Assembly: GCA_965116245.1 (NCBI GenBank)
Contig: OZ220497.1
Location: 870,939 to 934,938 of the forward strand
Direction of reading: 5' to 3'
Source of the DNA: Acidimicrobiales bacterium
GTDB lineage: Bacteria; Actinomycetota; Acidimicrobiia; Acidimicrobiales; Poriferisodalaceae
DNA length: 64,000 bases
The notes under the pieces are model-generated. The model was not told the origin of the DNA. It saw only the letters and a list, made by a program, of their open reading frames with translations, and searched no databases. Below, piece after piece: positions 1 to 8,922 of the stretch; the stretch's first letter is position 1; each line of letters begins with the position of its first letter. Position numbers and translations under genes: made by a program.

Positions 1-350
1 GGATTGTTGCTGACTCGCCCGAGTGTGATCACCCCGGTCGGGCAGCGATCTACGCACAAGGCGCAACGAGTACACACATCGTCGTCAATGATGAAGATGG
101 CGTTGTCCGAAGGGTCCAGCCCGGGTTGCTCCACACCGACTGCTTCATCAACTGCGTCGGTGGACACGTACCAGATGCACTTCCACGGGCAGATGTCCAC
201 GCAGCCTTCGCACTGGATGCACTCGGACTGGTCAATGTTGATGAACTGCTTCGGCTTGACGGCGGCTTCCAGGTAGGAGGCATCTACCTGTTGCAGCAGG
301 TAGTCGTCCCGAAACTTGGGCATGGGAGGGTTTGCGTCGTTCGCTGCCAT
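1..350 (-). CDS. 4Fe-4S dicluster ferredoxin-domain protein (3' end runs off the window)
   Basis: Absent from the ORF track because it is open at position 1. My reverse translation from ATG 350..348 gives MAANDANPPMPKFRDDYLLQQV...CIQCEGCVDICP...CTRCALCVDRCPTGV, i.e. two CxxCxxCxxxCP motifs. Confidence 0.75.
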   Translation of the reverse strand, partial: MAANDANPPMPKFRDDYLLQQVDASYLEAAVKPKQFINIDQSECIQCEGCVDICPWKCIWYVSTDAVDEAVGVEQPGLDPSDNAIFIIDDDVCTRCALCVDRCPTGVITLGRVSNN

Positions 351-362
351 GTCTTTGCGCCC

Positions 363-797
363 TTAGTTGCTCTTCACCAACGGCCGGCCGTAGTCGGAGA
401 TCGGCTCTGGGACCTCTGAAGCCTTGTCGCGTCGCTGCCACCACAACCCCAGCACTGGAAGCCCAGCTAACGCGACCAGATGCTCGATGACAACGACTAT
501 GTCGCTGACCTTCTTGAGGTCGATGCGCATCGGCGGGAACGTAATGGGCGAGGTCATGAACTGGCCCTCGGTGACCAAGTAGCGCTCCACCGACCATCCC
601 CACTCGTTGTCGGTCAGGCGAATCCAGCGGTCGGGCACGATGCCGAACAACAACATCAGCAACATGAAAACGTAGGCCGCGCCAAGCATGGCTTCGCCCC
701 AGGTGGTCGGCTGGTCGCTCGGGCGGCGCTTGCCGTACCACACGAACAGCACAACCATCAGCGCGGTAGCGAGGATTGAAGTGACTAGCGCAACCAC
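363..797 (-). CDS. small integral membrane protein, function unknown
   Basis: Track ORF 363..887(-). Its first 30 codons lie in the 13-nt tandem array, so I moved the start to GTG 797, which is preceded by GGGAGGA. It has several hydrophobic helices and stops 12 nt before the ferredoxin ATG. Confidence 0.55.
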   Translation of the reverse strand: MVALVTSILATALMVVLFVWYGKRRPSDQPTTWGEAMLGAAYVFMLLMLLFGIVPDRWIRLTDNEWGWSVERYLVTEGQFMTSPITFPPMRIDLKKVSDIVVVIEHLVALAGLPVLGLWWQRRDKASEVPEPISDYGRPLVKSN

Positions 798-840
798 TCT
801 GCTTTTCCTCCCGCTTACCTGTAACCATTGACGCGTCGTC

Positions 841-902
841 AAGACGTGTAGCCAAGACGTGTAGCCAAGACGTATAGCCAAGACCACCTAGCCAAGACCA
901 CC
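841..902. repeat. tandem array of 13-14-nt units, about 4.7 copies (aagacgtgtagcc)
   Basis: Read directly: aagacgtgtagcc x2, aagacgtatagcc, aagaccacctagcc, aagaccacc. Confidence 0.9.
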
Positions 903-993
903 GGAAAGATTACCGGCGCTCCGGGCGCGGCGCGCGATGTTCTAGCACGACAGCTCACGTCTGCCACCTCCGCACGACTGAGTTGCCCCGCAG

Positions 994-1027
994 CATGGTC
1001 AGCAACATGGTCAGCAACATGGTCGGC
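994..1027. repeat. tandem array of a 12-nt unit, about 2.8 copies (catggtcagcaa)
   Basis: Read directly in the divergent intergenic region 798..1197. Confidence 0.9.
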
Positions 1028-1112
1028 TTGGAGGGTCATCGCGAAGGTGGCCAGCCGACGACCGCGTGGCAAACTTGCGCCTCGGCGCGCTTGAGCGCGT
1101 ATCGTGCCCTGC

Positions 1113-1144
1113 GAAGTTGATCGAAGAAGTTGATCGAAGCTGAT
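1113..1144. repeat. tandem array of a 13-nt unit, about 2.5 copies (gaagttgatcgaa)
   Basis: Read directly, about 55 nt upstream of the cytochrome c start. Confidence 0.9.
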
Positions 1145-1197
1145 TTTTGTCCCGGCCCCGTGCCGCAACCCCTGGGGGCAACCCCGCGGAGGATCAC

Positions 1198-1977
1198 GTG
1201 ACCGAAGTCCCTGAGTATCTGCTAGAGCGCTCGCGACAGCGGCGCATTGCCTTGGGCGTGCTTGAGGACGACGGCAGCGGCGCGGGCGCTGCTACTGGCG
1301 CAGCGACGCCCGCCAGCGCAACAACACCAGCGGCGGGACCTTCCCAAGCGGAGATGATCTCAGCCGCTCGCGAGGCGGCACGACTTGAAGTTGAAGAGGA
1401 ACCCCCGCCGGATCCGTCATGGGTCCTAGCGGCTAGTCGCAGGCACCGGATTCCGATCTGGGTGTTGCCGGTGCTGATGTGTTTGCCGCTTTGGGCGTTC
1501 GTGTATGTGCAGATGACTGAACCTCCGCCCGAGCCCATTACGGCCATCAACGAGGGAGCCAGCGTCTATGCGGTGCGTTGCGCTAGCTGTCACGGTGGTG
1601 ACGGTTCTGGTTCGGACGGAGGTTTGGTGGGGCGTCCGCTGTGGAACGGCGAGGTGTTGCTGACATTCCCCAACCTGGACGACTCGCTTATTGAATGGCT
1701 CCAGGTGGGCTCCGAAGGCATCGGCCTAGGAGAGATTTACGGCGATCCGAACCGACCCGGCGGCGCGCACATCTCCGGTGGCAGCCCCAACGCGGCTGCC
1801 ATGCCTGCGTTCGGCGGCGTGCTCAATAGTCATCAGCTCTACGCGGTTGCGCGCTACGCCCGCGAAGTGATCGGCGGCGAAGCAATCAGCGATGAAGTGG
1901 CCGCTGAACGTGATGCCGAGTGGGAACACTTGGGCGGAGGTGCCGCGGGCGATATGGGTGGAGGCGGCGGTCACTAA
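1198..1977 (+). CDS. membrane-anchored mono-haem c-type cytochrome
   Basis: Track ORF 1147..1977. GTG 1198 is preceded by GGAGGA. One TM helix (IPIWVLPVLMCLPLWAFVYV) is followed by a single CASCH haem-binding motif. Confidence 0.8.
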   Translation: MTEVPEYLLERSRQRRIALGVLEDDGSGAGAATGAATPASATTPAAGPSQAEMISAAREAARLEVEEEPPPDPSWVLAASRRHRIPIWVLPVLMCLPLWAFVYVQMTEPPPEPITAINEGASVYAVRCASCHGGDGSGSDGGLVGRPLWNGEVLLTFPNLDDSLIEWLQVGSEGIGLGEIYGDPNRPGGAHISGGSPNAAAMPAFGGVLNSHQLYAVARYAREVIGGEAISDEVAAERDAEWEHLGGGAAGDMGGGGGH

Positions 1978-3196
1978 GACCCTCAATTGCGAGACTCTCG
2001 TAATTGGCGGCGGACCGGCGGGTTGCGCCGCGGCCTACTGGCTGGCGCGCGCTGGATGCGACGTGTTGCTTATTGAGCGCTCCACTCACCCCCGGACGCG
2101 TGTATGCGGCGATGCCCTGACACCGATTGCCGTGGGGGAACTGATCGATATGGATTGCGATCTTGATGCCACGCGTTGGCATCGACATCGCGGTTTGCGT
2201 ATCACAGCCCACGGTCGAAGCCTCGAAGTGCGGTGGCCTCAAGTTGAGCGGTGGCCCGACTACGGCCTGGTGGTGCGTCGTTCGCAGCTTGACACGCTGT
2301 TGTGTGCCACAGCGCAATCAGCGGGAGCGCGGGTGCTCACCGGCACCGAGGTCATCGCTCCGCTGATCACTCACGGCCATCTGCGTGGCTGTATTGCCAG
2401 CGCCGAACCGTCAACAGCAACACCGCTCGACGCGTCAGCCGCACAACAGCCCGGGGGCGTGATTGCGCGCGCTCGCTACGTCGTCGTGGCCGATGGTCCG
2501 CGTTCGAGGTTCGGCCGCGCGCTGGGGACTGTCCGCACCCGGACTTACGCCCAAGGTCTGGCGATGCGCGCCTATTACCCCACACCGAACCACCGCGAAC
2601 CGTGGATTGAGTCTGTCTTTGCTTTAGCCGACAGCGCGGGGCGCCAGCTACCCGGTTACGGCTGGGTTTTTCCGGTAGGCGATGGCACGGCCAACGTCGG
2701 AGTGGGCCTTCTCAGCCATCACTACGGCAATGAAGCCATCTCTCTTGAGCGGCTGTTTGAACAGTGGACCCAACAAATACCCGAGCGTTGGAATATCGAT
2801 CCCACCGGAGCACACAGTGAGCCGGAAGGCGGACGACTACCGATGGGCGGAGCGGTGCGCCCACGATCCGGGCCGAATTGGGTGGTAGTCGGCGATGCTG
2901 CGGGCAGCGTCAATCCCTGGAACGGCGACGGCATTGGCCCGGCCCTAGCAACCGGGCGGCTGGCGGCTGAAGTCATCGCGCAAACGCTTGAAGCCGACGA
3001 CGGTCTGGAGCTTCGACGCTACGAGGCTGAGCTGACTTCGCGTTGGCAGCGATATCACCGCTTCGGGCGACTGACAACCCGCGCTCTGGGCCGTCCTGGT
3101 CTGATGCGGAAGCTGACTCAGCTAGCTATTCGCTCGCCCCGCATGGGCAGGTTGGCTACGCGCGTTTCGACGGGCTTGCTGAAAGGCAACCGCTAG
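1958..3196 (+). CDS. geranylgeranyl reductase family FAD-dependent oxidoreductase
   Basis: The N-terminus LVIGGGPAGCAAAYWLARAGCDVLLIERS...CGDALTP is typical of this family. Start GTG 1958 is my choice and is uncertain; the track ORF starts at 1892 and overlaps the cytochrome c gene. Confidence 0.75.
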   Translation: MEAAVTKTLNCETLVIGGGPAGCAAAYWLARAGCDVLLIERSTHPRTRVCGDALTPIAVGELIDMDCDLDATRWHRHRGLRITAHGRSLEVRWPQVERWPDYGLVVRRSQLDTLLCATAQSAGARVLTGTEVIAPLITHGHLRGCIASAEPSTATPLDASAAQQPGGVIARARYVVVADGPRSRFGRALGTVRTRTYAQGLAMRAYYPTPNHREPWIESVFALADSAGRQLPGYGWVFPVGDGTANVGVGLLSHHYGNEAISLERLFEQWTQQIPERWNIDPTGAHSEPEGGRLPMGGAVRPRSGPNWVVVGDAAGSVNPWNGDGIGPALATGRLAAEVIAQTLEADDGLELRRYEAELTSRWQRYHRFGRLTTRALGRPGLMRKLTQLAIRSPRMGRLATRVSTGLLKGNR

Positions 3197-3202
3197 GCGG
3201 CA

Positions 3203-3221
3203 GTCCCGAAGTCCCGAAGTC
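3203..3221. repeat. tandem 8-nt unit, about 2.4 copies (gtcccgaa)
   Basis: Read directly at the hemL stop codon. Confidence 0.8.
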
Positions 3222-4506
3222 AACCGGCCGCCGCGGCCGCCGCATCAGCAATGGCAGCCAGTGCTTCGTCGATGACTTCTGACGTGTGGGATAGGCCGAC
3301 AAAGATCGCTTCGTAGGCACCTGGAGCAAACGCCACACCGCGTGCCAGCAGTTCCGCGTGCAGCCGAGCGTAGGACGCTTCATCGGTCATACGGGCATCG
3401 TCGTAGTCCCTGGGCACCCAGCCAGGTTCACGAACCTCGCCGCAGTAAAGGCCAACAAGTGTGCCGACTCGGGAGACGACCGCGCCCAGACCGCCGTCAC
3501 GCAGCGCAGCGGTCATGCCATCGGCAAAGTGGATGGCTCTTGTCTCGAGCTCCTGGTAAGCGGCTACCGTCAATTGTTGCATCGTGGCCAGTCCGGCCGC
3601 GGTCGCCAGCGGATTGCCCGACAACGTCCCCGCCTGATACACCGGACCTGTCGGGGCCAACGTCTCCATTATCTCAGCACGTCCTCCGAGCGCGCCGATG
3701 GGTAAGCCGCCGCCGATGACTTTGCCGAAGCAAGACATGTCGGGTGTAACGCCGAAACTATCGGCGGCTCCGCCACTGCCGAGACGAAAACCGGTGATGA
3801 CCTCATCAAATATCAGCAGCGCACCCGCTTGGTTGCAGACAGCACGCAAGCCGTCCAGGAAGCCAGGCACAGGCGCAACGAGGCCCATGTTGGCCGCTAC
3901 GGGCTCGACGATGACCGCTGCAATCTGCTCATCAAGCTCTGGCACGACGTTGTAGGGGGCTACCACCGTGTCGGCCACAGCGCCAGGCGGAACCCCTGCC
4001 GAGCCCGACAACCCGAGCGTGGCGACACCACTGCCCCCTGCCGCCAGCAGGGCGTCCGCGTGTCCGTGGTAGCAACCCGCGAACTTCACGACGCGCGGGC
4101 GGCCGGTGAAACCGCGCGCTAAGCGCACAGCAGTCATCGCCGCTTCGGTACCGCTGCTGGTTAGCCGCACCTGCTCAACTCCAGGGGCCAAGGCAGCTAT
4201 GTGCTGAGCGAGTTCTACCTCGCGTGCGGTGGGTGCGCCATAGGAGGTGCCTTGGGCTGCGGCTGCTGTAACTGCGTCGGTGACTGCCGGGTGAGCGTGA
4301 CCGAGAATGATTGCCCCATAGGACTGCACGAAATCGATGTAGCGCTGGCCCTGCTCATCGATCACATGGGGGCCGTGCGCTGCTGCCACGAAATACGGTG
4401 TGCCGCCAACTGACCCGAAGGCGCGAACCGGTGAGTTGACGCCGCCTGGAATTACACGTTGCGCCGCGTTGAACAGCTCTACGTTCGTTGGATGCGGTTT
4501 GGTCAC
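3220..4506 (-). CDS. hemL: glutamate-1-semialdehyde 2,1-aminomutase
   Basis: 428 aa. Contains LFNAAQRVIPGGVNSPVRAF...YIDFVQSYGAIILGHAHP and has full-length family resemblance. Confidence 0.95.
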   Translation of the reverse strand: MTKPHPTNVELFNAAQRVIPGGVNSPVRAFGSVGGTPYFVAAAHGPHVIDEQGQRYIDFVQSYGAIILGHAHPAVTDAVTAAAAQGTSYGAPTAREVELAQHIAALAPGVEQVRLTSSGTEAAMTAVRLARGFTGRPRVVKFAGCYHGHADALLAAGGSGVATLGLSGSAGVPPGAVADTVVAPYNVVPELDEQIAAVIVEPVAANMGLVAPVPGFLDGLRAVCNQAGALLIFDEVITGFRLGSGGAADSFGVTPDMSCFGKVIGGGLPIGALGGRAEIMETLAPTGPVYQAGTLSGNPLATAAGLATMQQLTVAAYQELETRAIHFADGMTAALRDGGLGAVVSRVGTLVGLYCGEVREPGWVPRDYDDARMTDEASYARLHAELLARGVAFAPGAYEAIFVGLSHTSEVIDEALAAIADAAAAAAG

Positions 4507-4573
4507 GGTTCGCAGCGTAGGAGCGTCAGCGAGCTCGTGAACGTGGCCGCAAGGGGCCTACAGCGATCCGGTG

Positions 4574-5395
4574 CTAGTGGCTAACGCTGAGCGGCGAACG
4601 CTCGGGCTTGGGGATGGCGTGTAGCGCCGTGGCTACCGCTTCAACCAATCCCTTGTCTGAGGGCTGACGCGCGACGGCTGCCACGGTCAGATTCGCATCA
4701 ACACAAGCCGCAGCCGTGGTCTTGCCGATGCAAACGACCTTGCCCGCTAACGGTTTCCCACCGATCTGGCTCAGGTGGCCGCGCACCGCTGACGGCGAGG
4801 CGAAAATCACGGCATCCGCTGCGCGCACGTCTGCGATGAGATGGTCCGACAGTGTGGGCGTCACCGTGCGGTAGGCGTGGACTGCTTTCACCGTCCAACC
4901 GCGTGCTCGAAGGCCGTCGACGAGTTCAGGGCGAGCCTGCGCCGAGTGCGGCACGAAGCAAGCTCCCCCCGGTGGCAGCTCGCCGAAGGCGGCAGCGAGA
5001 CCAGCCGCGTCGTTCTGGTCGGGCACGAGATTGGCGGGTCGGCCCAGTTCGCTTTCAACGCGTGCTGCTGTGGTAGGGCCGATGGCGGCTACACGGATAC
5101 GCGAGAAGCGGCCACGTACGCCGCGTCGGTCAGCGCGCGCCAGCGTGGCTGCTACCGCGTTGGTGGATGTGAATGCAACCCAGTTGAACTGCTCAAGCCG
5201 CAGCAGTGCATCGTCGAGCGGTTGACCGCCATCTAGTGGCGGCACCACCGCCAGAGCCGGAGCGATCAGTGGGCGCGCACCGTGCGCCCGAAGCGCATCC
5301 GCGGTGGATGTCGCTTGGTGCGAAGCCCGCGTCACCACGATGGTGCGACCGGCCAACTCGCCCAGGGAAACTTCACCGTGCGTGCTGCTGGGCAT
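4574..5395 (-). CDS. hemD: uroporphyrinogen-III synthase
   Basis: 273 aa with a HemD-like two-lobed pattern (IVVTRASHQ...AFTSTNAV...VFASPSAV). It lies immediately downstream of hemC. Confidence 0.8.
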   Translation of the reverse strand: MPSSTHGEVSLGELAGRTIVVTRASHQATSTADALRAHGARPLIAPALAVVPPLDGGQPLDDALLRLEQFNWVAFTSTNAVAATLARADRRGVRGRFSRIRVAAIGPTTAARVESELGRPANLVPDQNDAAGLAAAFGELPPGGACFVPHSAQARPELVDGLRARGWTVKAVHAYRTVTPTLSDHLIADVRAADAVIFASPSAVRGHLSQIGGKPLAGKVVCIGKTTAAACVDANLTVAAVARQPSDKGLVEAVATALHAIPKPERSPLSVSH

Positions 5396-5397
5396 CC

Positions 5398-6327
5398 CTA
5401 GCTCGCTCTGCTATTGGCTGGGTCTTGAGCATCAGCCACATACGACGCGGCTGTTCCGGTACCTGCCATTAGCTGGCGTGCCAGCGACACTCCGAGCTGT
5501 TCGCCATCGCGGTCGCTGCCAGCAACACGCGCAATGCGCGTCCGGTCTGGCGTAGCCAACATCGCCGTCATGTTCACGCTTCCGTCGGGATTGATGGTGG
5601 CGTAGGCACCGGTTGGTAGATCGCAACCGCCACCGAGTGTTCGCAGGAAGGCGCGCTCGGCGTGGACACATCTAGTCGTCACATCATCGACGATCTCGCT
5701 GACTGCGGTGGTAGTGGCGGCGTCACCGCTGCGGTGCTCTATGGCTATTGCCCCCTGACCAACCTGGGGCACCATTTCGTCGTGATTGAATCGCTGTGCT
5801 ATCTGGTGAGCCTCGCCTAGGCGCTGAAGCGCTGCGACTGCTACCACCACAGCGTCAATGTCAGCTCGGGAGGCGGCCGCGACTCGACGCGCCATGTTGC
5901 CGCGCAAGCCCGCGAAGCGCAGATCTTCTCGAAGCGCTGACAACTGGCACAGACGTCGCTGTGATCCGGTAGCCACGACTCCGCCGAGAGGGATCGCATC
6001 AAGCTCTAACCCGACCAGCGCGTCGCGCGCGTCACCGCGCTCTAGACAGCCAGCCAACCTCAGGCCCGGTGTCGGCTCCGAGCGCATGTCTTTGGCGCTG
6101 TGTACCGCTATGTCGGCGCGTCCGTCGAGCACGGCAGCCTGCACTTCGGTCACGAATACGCCCCGCCCGGACATCTGCGACATGGCAGTGACCTGATCCA
6201 AGTCGCCGCTTGTGGAGACCGGCACGAACTCAATGTCGCCACTTGGTAGTCCGTTTGCACTCAGCGCAGTAGCAACGAACTGAGCCGCCCACATGGCCAG
6301 CGGGCTCGTTCGTGTGGCGATCCTCAC
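5398..6327 (-). CDS. hemC: hydroxymethylbilane synthase (porphobilinogen deaminase)
   Basis: 309 aa. Contains RIATRTSPLAMWAA...AVHSAKDM...LRGN...GGC. Confidence 0.95.
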   Translation of the reverse strand: MRIATRTSPLAMWAAQFVATALSANGLPSGDIEFVPVSTSGDLDQVTAMSQMSGRGVFVTEVQAAVLDGRADIAVHSAKDMRSEPTPGLRLAGCLERGDARDALVGLELDAIPLGGVVATGSQRRLCQLSALREDLRFAGLRGNMARRVAAASRADIDAVVVAVAALQRLGEAHQIAQRFNHDEMVPQVGQGAIAIEHRSGDAATTTAVSEIVDDVTTRCVHAERAFLRTLGGGCDLPTGAYATINPDGSVNMTAMLATPDRTRIARVAGSDRDGEQLGVSLARQLMAGTGTAASYVADAQDPANSRAS

Positions 6328-6351
6328 TCGGGCAGATCTTCGGGTCAGGTG

Positions 6352-7611
6352 CTAGAGGTCGAACAGATCGCGCACTGAATCGGCCAGGCGGTCGCCCTTG
6401 GCCTTCCCGGCCGCCGACCTCAACGCGACGGTGGGATGGTGCAACAACTTGTTGATCAGTGCCGCCGTGGCCCGCTCAAGTGCTTCGCGGGCATCACTGT
6501 TGAGGCTGGGGTGTGCCGCCATCGCACGTTCCACCTCGGACTGGCGTATTGCCTCCGCTGTGGCGCGCAGAGACTCAATCAGTGGTGCCATCTCGCGGGC
6601 CGTTCGGCTAAGAGAGAAGCGCTCCATCTCATCAGCCAAGATCGACTCAACTTCTGCCACCTCCGCGCGCCGACCTACCTGGCCTGTCTCTGCGAAGCGG
6701 GACAGATCGTCCATGTCAAGCAGGGTGACGCCAGGAAGGCGAGCCACTGCGTGATCTACATCGCGAGGCACAGCAATGTCGACAATGAGCAGCGGTCGGG
6801 CGGCGCGGCGCTCAATGACCGCTCCGACGCTGGCGTGGTCAACGATGACCGAGGTGGCGCCAGTTGATGTCAACAGCAGATCAACCTCAACCAAGGCGTC
6901 TTCCAATCGACCGAGCGGCACTTGTTGTCCGCCTATGCGAGCAGCTAGGGCTTCGGCGTGCGAGGGCGTGCGATTGGCCACCTGAACCGTTGCAGGACCT
7001 GCCGCTGCGAGCGCAACGATCATGCCTTCGGCCATATCGCCAGCACCCACCACAAGCACCCGAGCCTTCTCTAGCGTGCCGAGATGGCTCGTGGCCATGC
7101 TGACGGCCGCATGACTGATTGAAGCTGTTCCCCGCGATATACCGGTCTGGCTGCGCGCCCGCTTGCCAGCCGAGATGCCTTGTTGAAACAGTTGGTTCAG
7201 TACTGCGCCCGTGGTGCCCTCGGCTCGGGCTAAGTCCCACGAGGTGCGTACTTGGCCCAGGATTTCGTGCTCGCCAAGCACCGCCGACTCCAGACCACTC
7301 GCCACGCGGAACAGATGACCTGCTGCAGCGTCGTCGTAGTGGATATAGAGATGGTCGGACAACTCGGCGGGCGCCACGCCAGAAAGCGTGCAGAAGAAGT
7401 CGCGCAGCTCACCGAAGGCCGCGTGGAACTTCTCGGCCACGACGTAGGCCTCGGTTCGGTTACAGGTTGACACGACAACCGCTTCACTGACGTTCTCGCA
7501 TGACGCGAGATCGCCAAGGCGTTTCGGCACGTCGGCGGCGGCAACCGTGCAGCGCTCCAGCAGCTCAAGCGGCGCACTGCGATGGCTCACGCCCATAACA
7601 ACGATGGACAC
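6352..7611 (-). CDS. hemA: glutamyl-tRNA reductase
   Basis: 419 aa. Contains VVMGVSHRSAPLELLE...STCNRTE...VGAGDMAE. Confidence 0.95.
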   Translation of the reverse strand: MSIVVMGVSHRSAPLELLERCTVAAADVPKRLGDLASCENVSEAVVVSTCNRTEAYVVAEKFHAAFGELRDFFCTLSGVAPAELSDHLYIHYDDAAAGHLFRVASGLESAVLGEHEILGQVRTSWDLARAEGTTGAVLNQLFQQGISAGKRARSQTGISRGTASISHAAVSMATSHLGTLEKARVLVVGAGDMAEGMIVALAAAGPATVQVANRTPSHAEALAARIGGQQVPLGRLEDALVEVDLLLTSTGATSVIVDHASVGAVIERRAARPLLIVDIAVPRDVDHAVARLPGVTLLDMDDLSRFAETGQVGRRAEVAEVESILADEMERFSLSRTAREMAPLIESLRATAEAIRQSEVERAMAAHPSLNSDAREALERATAALINKLLHHPTVALRSAAGKAKGDRLADSVRDLFDL

Positions 7612-7734
7612 GAGGACTACCCAGGGGTCGGGAATGCGGCAAGTCCATTCTGGCCGGTCCGAAGCCCCGTTTCCAAACGTTCAGCGAAAGAACTTCCGCA
7701 GCGGCCTCAATGCTGCTAGCCCAGCGTAATGGTC

Positions 7735-7824
7735 TCAGTTGAGCGCCACTAGCAGTTGGATTGTGGCAGCTAGCAGAATGAGTGCCGCTAGCACAGCCAA
7801 CACGAGCGCTGTTCGAGGCCTCAT
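7735..7824 (-). CDS. possible 29-aa hydrophobic micro-protein
   Basis: My own translation gives MRPRTALVLAVLAALILLAATIQLLVALN*. It sits between the DUF62 gene and hemA. Too short for the ORF track, and there is no supporting homology. Confidence 0.25.
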   Translation of the reverse strand: MRPRTALVLAVLAALILLAATIQLLVALN

Positions 7825-7845
7825 GTCAATGGCACCGGTTGCGAC

Positions 7846-8799
7846 TCATGTCCCGACATTTGAGACAGCAGTTTCTTGCAGGCTGGCGTGACCGGCTTCG
7901 CGAGCCAGGCGGATCTCGGTGCCGGGCAACAGGCCGAGATGGGCAGCGCTGCGACCCGCGACTGTCAGCTCAAGCAGCCCGAAGGGATCGTCGCTCAAGG
8001 CAAGACCAGTGGTGCCAGCAGCTCCCGCTGGAGCTAGCTGAACCAACCGAGTCGCCGCTTCTGGAGCATGTGAGCCAACCGCATCCGCTGTCCATTCCGC
8101 AAGCAGAACATCACCGAGCGGCTCCAAGAGTTCACGGTTGATGTTGAGTTGCACCGTTCCCCAACGCGTCACCGATAGCACTTCCGCGGTCACGCAACCA
8201 TCATCCGCTACTCGCGGCACCGCAACCAGCGATGGCATCAACAACGCTGGATCAATCGGCGTGCCTAGCGACTCAATGGTCTCGCCCGCCGCTAGCCGGC
8301 CCGCTGCGGGAGCAAGCACATCGCGCGACGGATGCGCTACAGACTGTGGATCCACAGACTGTGAATCTCCAGACTGTGAATCTCCAGTGTCTGGATCCTG
8401 GCTGCTTTCTATCGCGATGCGGACTGCGGTATCCGCGCCGCCCACTGCAGCCGTGGCGGCCGCCAGCACCCCGTTGTCGGGACCCACCAGCATCGATTGA
8501 CCGTCACCGACCGATACTGCAATAGCGGGCCTGTCCAAGCGGCGCCCCACTGACACGAGCACAACGCCGGGTGCGAGGTGAGGCACGCTGCGAACCAACA
8601 TCAGCGCCGCCGTCCGGGTATCTCCCGGATCGATCTCGTGGCACAAGTCAATAACCGAAGCACTTGGAGCAATCTGACGCAGGACCGAGTGAATGACCCC
8701 CACAGACTCGTCCGCTGTACCCAGATCACTCAAGCAGGTGACTGTGTTGAAGCCGTTGATTTGCCTTTGTGAGGGCTCATCTGTTAGAGACTTGCGCAT
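7846..8799 (-). CDS. SAM hydroxide adenosyltransferase / DUF62 (chlorinase-fluorinase-like) family protein
   Basis: LSDLGTADESVGVIHSVL...LVGPDNGVL resembles the DUF62 TDFG...YVG...PDNG pattern. The start is uncertain (track ORF extends to 8841). It contains an in-frame 15-nt repeat insertion. Confidence 0.65.
   Translation of the reverse strand: MRKSLTDEPSQRQINGFNTVTCLSDLGTADESVGVIHSVLRQIAPSASVIDLCHEIDPGDTRTAALMLVRSVPHLAPGVVLVSVGRRLDRPAIAVSVGDGQSMLVGPDNGVLAAATAAVGGADTAVRIAIESSQDPDTGDSQSGDSQSVDPQSVAHPSRDVLAPAAGRLAAGETIESLGTPIDPALLMPSLVAVPRVADDGCVTAEVLSVTRWGTVQLNINRELLEPLGDVLLAEWTADAVGSHAPEAATRLVQLAPAGAAGTTGLALSDDPFGLLELTVAGRSAAHLGLLPGTEIRLAREAGHASLQETAVSNVGT
8340..8398. repeat. in-frame tandem 15-nt units, about 4 copies (cagactgtgaatctc)
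   Basis: Read directly. Encodes DSQSGDSQSVDPQSV inside the DUF62 protein. Confidence 0.9.
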
Positions 8800-8922
8800 T
8801 GAAGATGTGTGCATCAAAGACGATTCATCGAAGCCTGTCAATCACAGCCGCATTCATCAAGATTTGTACATCGAAACTGGGCTTGAGTGCGATGGGCTTG
8901 TTTGGGCTGTCGATCATGTCGC

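Noticed and set aside
841-902. The short tandem arrays as CRISPR arrays.
   Set aside because: The units are contiguous with no spacers and only 8-18 nt long. Many are in-frame inside conserved genes, and there are no cas genes.
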